A DNA stretch of 64,000 nt from Acidimicrobiales bacterium (GTDB lineage Bacteria; Actinomycetota; Acidimicrobiia; Acidimicrobiales; Salinilacustritrichaceae): contig DATKWD010000108.1 in NCBI GenBank assembly GCA_035529695.1, positions 27,508 through 91,507 on the forward strand. Direction: 5' to 3'. The notes beneath the pieces are model-generated. The model was not told where the DNA came from, did not search any database, and saw only the letters and a list, made by a program, of their open reading frames with translations. Shown in pieces: positions 57,754 to 64,000 of the stretch; position 1 is the first letter of the stretch, and each line of letters opens with the position of its first letter. The position numbers were made by a program, and so were the translations under genes.

Positions 57754-59091
57754 TCAATCACCCCGGAGCAACCGTCGGGCCACCATCTGGACCGGGTCCC
57801 AGACCCCCGAGAACGGCGGCGCATAGGAGAGGTCGAGGTCGATGACCTGTTGGGTGTCCAGGCCTGCGTGCAGCGCCATCGCGACGGTGTCGATGCGCTT
57901 GCCGGCACCTCGACCGCCGATGATCTGCGCGCCCAGGACGCGACCGCTGCCCCGCTCGGCCAGCATCTTGATGGTCATCGGCTCGGCCTCGGGCATGTAG
58001 TGGGCGATCGTGCTGGTGTCGAGCGTCGCCACGTCGTACTCGAACCCGGCCTCGACCGCCTCGTGCTCGGTGAGGCCGGTGCGGCTGATCTCGAGCGCAC
58101 AGATCTTGGTGATGGCCGTGCCCACCACGCCCGGGAACGTCGCATAGCCGCCGCCGATGTTGACCCCCGCGACACGGCCCTGCTTGTTCGCAACCGTGCC
58201 GAGAGCAATGTGCACCGGCTCCTGGGTGAGCAGGTGAAACGAACTCGCGCAGTCTCCGGCCGCCCACACGCCGTCGACGGACGTCCGCTGTCGCCGGTCG
58301 ACGAGGATCGACCCGCGCGGCCCCAGGTCGAGGCCGGCATCAGCGGCGAGGTCGGCATTGGGCGTCACCCCCATCCCGAGCACCACCAGATCCGCGTGGT
58401 GCTCGCCTTCGGTGGTGTGGACCACCCCGTCCTCGAAACCCGTGACCGGGAGGTCGGTCCGCACGTCGACGCCGAATCCGCGGATCGCCGATGCCACCTT
58501 CGCGGCGATGTCGGAATCGAGGGTCCGCATGACCTGCGAGGTCGCTTCGATGAGCGTGACCTCCGCACCCCACCGGCAGAACGCCTCGGCCATCTCGAGG
58601 CCGATGTAGCCGCCACCCACCACCGTCACATGCCGGCAGTCGGTCATGTGCGCGCGGGCCACGATCGCCTCGGCGTCGTCGAGCGTCTGGACCCCCATCA
58701 CCTTCGGAAGATCGATGCCACCGATGTCGGGGCGCATCGGCCGCGCACCCGTGGCGATGTGCAACTGATCGAAGGAGAGGTTGATGGTGCGATCCCGAGC
58801 GCGATCGTGCACCTCCACCTTGCCGGCCTGGAGGTCGATCGATCGCACCTCGTGCTGCATCCGCACGTCGATGCGCTGGTGGTCACGGAACTCCTGCGGC
58901 GTGCGAGCCACCAGGTCGTCGAGGTCCGACACGTCACCGCCCACGAAGTACGGAATCCCACATGCGGCGTAACTCGTCCAGTTGCCCTTCTCGAGCGCAA
59001 CGATGTCGAGATCGGGGTTGCGGCGCCTCGCCTGCGAAGCCGCCGCCATGCCGCCTGCGTCCCCGCCGATCACGACCAGTCGTTCCGCCAT
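57754..59091 (-). CDS. CoA-disulfide reductase / NADH-oxidase family flavoprotein
   Basis: VVIGGDAGGMAAA, the redox Cys context SYAACGIPY, a second Rossmann VTVVGGGYIGLE, and VWAAGDC. ATG 59091. Confidence 0.8.
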   Translation of the reverse strand: MAERLVVIGGDAGGMAAASQARRRNPDLDIVALEKGNWTSYAACGIPYFVGGDVSDLDDLVARTPQEFRDHQRIDVRMQHEVRSIDLQAGKVEVHDRARDRTINLSFDQLHIATGARPMRPDIGGIDLPKVMGVQTLDDAEAIVARAHMTDCRHVTVVGGGYIGLEMAEAFCRWGAEVTLIEATSQVMRTLDSDIAAKVASAIRGFGVDVRTDLPVTGFEDGVVHTTEGEHHADLVVLGMGVTPNADLAADAGLDLGPRGSILVDRRQRTSVDGVWAAGDCASSFHLLTQEPVHIALGTVANKQGRVAGVNIGGGYATFPGVVGTAITKICALEISRTGLTEHEAVEAGFEYDVATLDTSTIAHYMPEAEPMTIKMLAERGSGRVLGAQIIGGRGAGKRIDTVAMALHAGLDTQQVIDLDLSYAPPFSGVWDPVQMVARRLLRGD

Positions 59092-59149
59092 GGCGCCGGA
59101 CACTAGGTGATGGTCTCGATCCGGTGTTCCCGTCGTGCGAAGATTGGCC

Positions 59150-59332
59150 ATGGCCGTGCGCCGCGACTGTCGCCACTACTCGACGCGCACCACCCCTGAC
59201 GGCGTGGTGCAACGATGCCGGGTCGCCGCCAACGAAGACATGCCGTTCGCGTGCCCCGATGACTGCCTGTTCTTCGAAGACCGTCCGATCACCGACGCCG
59301 GCTGGCAGCGATTCGAGCCCGAGGACGGCTGA
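59150..59332 (+). CDS. Small four-cysteine protein (60 aa)
   Basis: MAVRRDCRHYSTRTTPDGVVQRCRVAANEDMPFACPDDCLFFEDRP has four Cys in a CX15CX11CX3C layout. Third codon positions are G/C-rich. Confidence 0.5.
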   Translation: MAVRRDCRHYSTRTTPDGVVQRCRVAANEDMPFACPDDCLFFEDRPITDAGWQRFEPEDG

Positions 59333-59845
59333 TCACACCTGAGGCTTGTGCCGACGAAGATGGATGTGGGCCTTGGCGGCGCCCCAGGTGATGCCCAACT
59401 CGTGCAGGTCGGGGTGCACGTCGGCGAAGGCGGCCGGACTCAGCCCATGGGTGTCGTCGGGAAACGCCCGCCGGTCGAAGTCGGCACGCGGGTTCGGCGC
59501 GACCCCGAGTCGATCCAGCGACTCGTTCGGGTAGCGGACGAGTGATCTGACGATGGCCAACGGAGTCGAGGTCTGCGCGTCGACGTCGGCCGCCAACAAC
59601 TCGCGGAGGCGGGGCTCACCGTCGGCGATGGCCGCCGTCGACGCCGCCGTCGCTTCTTCGGCCGCAAGCGATCGATCGACGCCGGACTCGGCGGACCGGG
59701 CGAGCACCATGGCTTCGACCCACCCAGGGATCACCGCGACCATCGCGTCGGCGAGCGCTGCGGCGTGTCGGCGCATTGCCGCAGCATCGTCGGGATCGTC
59801 GGGGTTGGAAGCGGCGCCCATCGGGTCCAAGCTTGGGTCGTGCAT
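59333..59845 (-). CDS. Hypothetical protein
   Basis: A 170-aa ORF of normal composition. I recognise no motif. An alternative start is Met9 at 59821. Confidence 0.5.
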   Translation of the reverse strand: MHDPSLDPMGAASNPDDPDDAAAMRRHAAALADAMVAVIPGWVEAMVLARSAESGVDRSLAAEEATAASTAAIADGEPRLRELLAADVDAQTSTPLAIVRSLVRYPNESLDRLGVAPNPRADFDRRAFPDDTHGLSPAAFADVHPDLHELGITWGAAKAHIHLRRHKPQV

Positions 59846-60331
59846 CCCGAGCGTGTCGAACCCGGACCTGGGCAGGAATCAGTGTGGGACTACCCGCGTC
59901 CGCCGGCTCTCGAACCGGCGGGAGCCGTCCTGCGGGTCGAGTTCGACCGCACCGTGATCGCGACGAGCGACCAGGCGCTGCGCATCTGCGAGACCTCGCA
60001 GCCTCCGGCGTACTACTTCCCGCCCGCTGATGTCCGCACCGAGCTGCTCGTCGAGGTCGCAGGCAACACGTTCTGCGAGTGGAAGGGACTGGCGACCTAC
60101 TTCGACGTGGTGGTCGACGGCCGACACGTCGAGCAGGCTGCGTGGACCTACCGGTCGCCCTCGAATCGCTACCGAGCCATCACCGACCACCTGGCGTTCT
60201 ACGCACAGAAGCTCGACTGCTTCGTCGACGACGAGCAGGTGGTGCCGAACGACGGCAGCTTCTACGGCGGTTGGGTCACCTCGAAGGTCGTCGGCCCGTT
60301 CAAGGGCGCGCCCGGGACCCTCGGCTGGTGA
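59840..60331 (+). CDS. DUF427-domain protein
   Basis: ESVWDYPRPP...PAYYFP...FCEWKGLATYF...AWTYRSP...LAFY are hallmark DUF427 motifs. A GTG 59840 start is inferred. Confidence 0.75.
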   Translation: MHPERVEPGPGQESVWDYPRPPALEPAGAVLRVEFDRTVIATSDQALRICETSQPPAYYFPPADVRTELLVEVAGNTFCEWKGLATYFDVVVDGRHVEQAAWTYRSPSNRYRAITDHLAFYAQKLDCFVDDEQVVPNDGSFYGGWVTSKVVGPFKGAPGTLGW

Positions 60332-60618
60332 GGATCAAGGCGCTGTCGGTCTTCGAGTGCGTGGTCTACCACTGCACGCTGGTCGACGGATCGAATCCGT
60401 GCCAACCGACCCTCGAGGTCGAGGCGCTCCTTCGAGACGGTGACGCCGACTCGGGCCCACTGCTGCTGCCGGTGGCCGAGTACGCGGTGATGGTGGGTGA
60501 CGACGTCGCGAAGGCGTGCCTGCCCGATCTGGCCCGAGCCGGACGAGTGGTCGATCACCTCGGGTCGCCCCACCTCGCGTTTCGGATGTGGACCGCAGGC
60601 GACATCATCACGGGCTGA
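60328..60618 (+). CDS. Hypothetical protein (96 aa)
   Basis: The GTG overlaps the DUF427 stop (GTGA at 60328-60331). The frame has a strong G/C third-position bias, whereas the antisense ORF 60262..60645 does not. Confidence 0.45.
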   Translation: MRIKALSVFECVVYHCTLVDGSNPCQPTLEVEALLRDGDADSGPLLLPVAEYAVMVGDDVAKACLPDLARAGRVVDHLGSPHLAFRMWTAGDIITG

Positions 60619-60671
60619 CGCGCTCATCCACTCAGGCTCATCCACTCAGGCGATGACGAACCGATTCGCGA

Positions 60672-62231
60672 TCACATCGACCGGCCGGTTCCCTCCCAGT
60701 ACGGATCGCGCAGCAGCCGTTTGTAGAGCTTCCCGGTGGGGTGACGAGGGAACTCGGCTTCGAAGTCGACCGACCGCGGCACCTTGTAGCCGGCGAGGTG
60801 CTCGCGGACGTGGGCCATGAGCTCCCTCGCGAGGTCGTCGCTGGGTTCGTGGCCCTCTGTCAGCTCGACCGCCGCCTTGACCTCCTCGCCCATCTCGTCG
60901 TGCGGGATGCCGAAGACGGCCGAGTCCTTGACGGCGGGATGGGTGACCAGACAACCCTCGATCTCGGCCGGGTAGATGTTCACGCCGCCGCTGATGATCA
61001 TGTCGATCTTGCGATCGGACAGGTAGAGCAGCCCCTCGTCGTCGAAGTAGCCGATGTCGCCCAGAGTGCCCCACCCGCCCTCGCGGTGTGCCGCCGCGGT
61101 CTTGTCGGGGGCGTTGTGGTACTCGAAGTCGCGCCCGGTCGCGCTCTTGAACCAGATCTGGCCCGACGATCCGGCTGGCTGTTCGACGCCATCGTCGTCG
61201 AGGATGCGGACCTCGGCCGATCCGGTCAGCGAGCCGACCGTGCCGGGATGCTCGAGCCACTGATCGGCGGTCGCGAGGCTGATGATCCCGCCTTCGGTGC
61301 CGCCGTAGTACTCGCTGATGTTCGGGCCCCACCACTCGATCATCTGACGCTTCACCTCGGGAGGGCACGGCGCCGCACCGTGCCAGACCTGCTTCAGCGA
61401 GGCGCCGTCGAAGGCCTCGCGCTCGTCGGCCGGCAGCTTCAGGAGACGGATGAACTGCGTGGGCACGAGGTGGGTGTGGGTGACCTGGTGCTCGTCGATG
61501 ACCCGCAGGCACTCGGCCGGATCGAACTTGTGGGTCATCACCACCGACGCGCCACCCACCAGCGGAAGCACCGACCACGCCCACTGCGCCGAGTGGTAGC
61601 CGGGGCCGTTGAGATAGAAGCGTGCCGGGAGCTCGTAGCCCATCCACATCCGGAAGCCGGCCGAGGTCAGCTCGATGAGTGCCGGGTCGACGGGCTCGGA
61701 GCTCACCCCGCTCTTCACACCCTTCGGGAACCCCGTGGTCCCCGATGTGTAGAACATCGGTCCACCCATGCTCTGGTCTGACGGTTCATCACTCGATCCG
61801 CTGGCCAAGAGCTCCTCGTAGGTCACCCAGCCGTCGGGGGCGTCGTCGGCCATCAGCACGAGCAGGTCGGGCGCGGAATCGAGACGGTCGACCGCCTCGA
61901 GCGCCACGTCGCGAAAGCGGCCGTCGACGATGAACGCCTTCGAACCCGAGTCCTCGATCACGTACGCCAGCTCCTCGGCGCTCCAGTGCCAGTTGATCGG
62001 CACGGTCTGCTGTCCGGCATGGGCACCGGCGCTCATCACCTCGAAGTACTCGCAGCGGTTGCCGGTGAGCACCGAGAAGATGTCGCCGAACCCGAGCCCT
62101 CCACCTCTGAGACCGGACAGGAGCTGGTTCGTCCGGGTATCGAGCTCGGACCAGGTCATCGACCGCTCCTCGTCGATCAGGGCGACGTCGTCACCCCGGG
62201 AGTCGGCGAATTTCTTCGATGCATGGACCAT
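60672..62231 (-). CDS. AMP-dependent acyl-CoA synthetase/ligase
   Basis: AMP-binding motif YTSGTTGFPKGV, then GDIGYFDDEGLLYLSDRKIDMI and the C-terminal PRHPTGKLYKR. ATG 62231. Confidence 0.9.
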   Translation of the reverse strand: MVHASKKFADSRGDDVALIDEERSMTWSELDTRTNQLLSGLRGGGLGFGDIFSVLTGNRCEYFEVMSAGAHAGQQTVPINWHWSAEELAYVIEDSGSKAFIVDGRFRDVALEAVDRLDSAPDLLVLMADDAPDGWVTYEELLASGSSDEPSDQSMGGPMFYTSGTTGFPKGVKSGVSSEPVDPALIELTSAGFRMWMGYELPARFYLNGPGYHSAQWAWSVLPLVGGASVVMTHKFDPAECLRVIDEHQVTHTHLVPTQFIRLLKLPADEREAFDGASLKQVWHGAAPCPPEVKRQMIEWWGPNISEYYGGTEGGIISLATADQWLEHPGTVGSLTGSAEVRILDDDGVEQPAGSSGQIWFKSATGRDFEYHNAPDKTAAAHREGGWGTLGDIGYFDDEGLLYLSDRKIDMIISGGVNIYPAEIEGCLVTHPAVKDSAVFGIPHDEMGEEVKAAVELTEGHEPSDDLARELMAHVREHLAGYKVPRSVDFEAEFPRHPTGKLYKRLLRDPYWEGTGRSM

Positions 62232-62277
62232 GCGGTCAGCCTGCCAGACCCGTCGGAGCGACGCGGACCCCAGGGGG

Positions 62278-63027
62278 TCAGGGGTCGACGATCTCGACCC
62301 GGAGGCGGCGGAACCCTTTTCCCTTCGACTCGCTCTTGACCACCCGCAGGCCTCCGACCTCGCCGGTCGAGGCGACATGGGTGCCGCCGTCGGCCTGCTT
62401 GTCGAGGCCGACGATGTCGACGATGCGGAGCTCGGTCACCGATTCGGGCACGAGCGACACCTTGGTCCGGATCAGCGCGTCGTCGAGCACGGCTTCGGCA
62501 CGCGGCATGAACGACACCTCGATCGGACGATCGGCGGCGATCTCGTCGTTCACCATCTGCTCGACCCGCTCGGCGAAGCCCGCCGGCAACGGGTTGAACT
62601 CGAAGTCCATCCGGGCCTTCAGGGGTTCCATGTTGCCGCCGGTGACCGGCTTCTCCCACTCGTTCCAGATCACGCCACACAGGATGTGCAGGGCCGTGTG
62701 GGTGCGCATGAGCTGGTGGCGACGTTCCCAGTCGAGCGTACCGGTCAACCTCTGGCCGATCGCCGGCGCGGCGCCGTCGAGGGCGTGCCAGTGCTCGCCC
62801 TCGGACTTCGTGACGTCGACGACCGAAGCGGCTCCACCGTCCCATTCGAGCCGGCCGGTGTCGTGCGGCTGCCCGCCCCCGGTTGCGTAGAACGCCGTGG
62901 CGGCGAGGGCGACGCGGCCATCGGCATCGACACCGGTGACCTCGGATTCGAAGGTCGCGAGGCGGGCGTCTCGGAGATAGAGGGGGTCGGCTGGCACCCA
63001 GCGATAGTGCCAGACCGGACGCACCAC
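62278..63027 (-). CDS. AlaX-like alanyl-tRNA editing / SAD-domain protein
   Basis: GGGQPHD, HxxxH in RTHTALHIL, and a QADGGTHV motif (normally CGGTH). An alternative GTG start lies at 62997. Confidence 0.75.
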   Translation of the reverse strand: MVRPVWHYRWVPADPLYLRDARLATFESEVTGVDADGRVALAATAFYATGGGQPHDTGRLEWDGGAASVVDVTKSEGEHWHALDGAAPAIGQRLTGTLDWERRHQLMRTHTALHILCGVIWNEWEKPVTGGNMEPLKARMDFEFNPLPAGFAERVEQMVNDEIAADRPIEVSFMPRAEAVLDDALIRTKVSLVPESVTELRIVDIVGLDKQADGGTHVASTGEVGGLRVVKSESKGKGFRRLRVEIVDP

Positions 63028-63141
63028 GAGCGAAGGACCGACGAACCCGGCGCCTCGGACAACCGCATCGACTCCGCTCCTCCCCTAAGGTCATGCGGTC
63101 AACCACGAACGGGCCTCCACGCGGGCCCCTGGAGGAAACCG

Positions 63142-63954
63142 ATGAGTTCTTCACTTCGACGCATCCTGGCGCTCCTGATGGCGTCAGCGCTGATGTTCGC
63201 CGCTTGCGGCGACAGCGACTCGGACGCGAGCACCGACGACGGCTCGGGCGACCCGGAGCCGTCGGGCGAGGTCGAGCTCGTCTCGGCCGGCACCCTCTCG
63301 GTCTGCTCCGACACGCCGTACGAGCCCTTCGAGTTCGAGGGCGATGACGGCGAGCAGACCGGCTACGACATCGACCTCTTGCGTGCGATCGCAGACGAGA
63401 ACAGCCTCGACCTCGAGGTCATCGACCTGCCCTTCGACGGCATCCTCGGCTCGCTGGCCGCCGGCGACTGTGACGTCGTCGCCTCGGCGCTCTCCATCAC
63501 CGACGAGCGCAAGCAGCAGGTCGACTTCTCCGGGCCCTACTTCGACGCCGACCAGTCGCTGCTGATCCGATCCGACGACGAAGGCACCATCACGGCGCTG
63601 GACGACGTGACCGGCACGATCGGCGTGCAGTCGGGCACCACCGGCGCCGACTACGCCGAGGAGAACGCCCCCGAAGGAGCCGAGGTCAAGTCGTTCGAGG
63701 ATGCCGACGGCCTCTTCGGAGCCCTCACCTCGGGCGACATCGACGCCATCCTCCAGGACTTCCCGGTGAACGCCTTCCGCGCCACCCAGGACGACTCCTT
63801 CGTCGTCACCGAGAAGTTCCCGACCCCCGAGCAGTACGGCTTCGCCGTCAAGAAGGACAACCCGACGGTGCTGGCGCTCGTCGACGACGGCCTCGAGACC
63901 ATCCGAGCGAACGGCACCTTCGACACCATCTTCCAGACCTACTTCGGGGCCTGA
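63142..63954 (+). CDS. Amino-acid ABC transporter substrate-binding lipoprotein (family 3 SBP)
   Basis: GGAGGA RBS at 63131-63136. Signal peptide with lipobox MFAAC. TGYDIDLLRAIA and FSGPYF are SBP_bac_3 motifs. Confidence 0.85.
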   Translation: MSSSLRRILALLMASALMFAACGDSDSDASTDDGSGDPEPSGEVELVSAGTLSVCSDTPYEPFEFEGDDGEQTGYDIDLLRAIADENSLDLEVIDLPFDGILGSLAAGDCDVVASALSITDERKQQVDFSGPYFDADQSLLIRSDDEGTITALDDVTGTIGVQSGTTGADYAEENAPEGAEVKSFEDADGLFGALTSGDIDAILQDFPVNAFRATQDDSFVVTEKFPTPEQYGFAVKKDNPTVLALVDDGLETIRANGTFDTIFQTYFGA

Positions 63955-64000
63955 GCCCTCCTGAAGCCAACCTGATTCGAAACGCACCAGACTCCCGATG

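Overview
This is a visibly high-GC, actinobacterial-type chromosomal segment. It is densely packed with about 62 protein-coding genes on both strands, and many have 1-4 nt start/stop overlaps that suggest operons. I found no rRNA, tRNA, CRISPR array, transposase, integrase or prophage genes. The long R/P/G-rich ORFs in the six-frame track are shadow frames of the real genes.

Content from left to right:
- A two-component system flanked by two MacB/FtsX-type ABC exporters.
- Small redox genes and ndh.
- An lhr-methyltransferase-nei DNA-repair operon.
- A VIT-family transporter, an O-methyltransferase and a Mo-oxidoreductase.
- helD and a patatin-like lipase.
- hemE-hemY, a sortase, lnt and dtd.
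- A glycosyltransferase / methyltransferase / alpha-toroid / GtrA envelope cluster.
- tesB and a lytic transglycosylase.
- An SNF2 helicase operon.
- A CBS-citrate-synthase / GNAT / CoA-transferase operon.
- A PhyH dioxygenase, PAC2 and NUDIX genes.
- amt-glnK-glnD.
- An acyl-ACP desaturase, a CoA-disulfide-reductase-like flavoprotein, an acyl-CoA synthetase, AlaX and an amino-acid-binding lipoprotein.

Most notable observations:
1. A ResA/TlpA-like redoxin gene (51103-52137, minus strand) is interrupted by a single in-frame TGA exactly at the redox-Cys position (WASW-TGA-GC), with a hairpin just downstream. This is a probable selenocysteine protein that gene callers would split in two.
2. The Lnt homologue carries Ser (AGT) in place of the catalytic Cys.
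3. A CBS-pair/citrate-synthase fusion has Glu in place of the catalytic Asp and is translationally coupled to a GNAT and a CoA-transferase.
4. A SAM methyltransferase is inserted into the lhr-nei operon.
5. An SNF2 helicase, an Arg-rich small protein and an S4 RNA-binding protein form a coupled trio.

All functional calls rest on motif recognition by eye in the supplied translations. No database searches were run.
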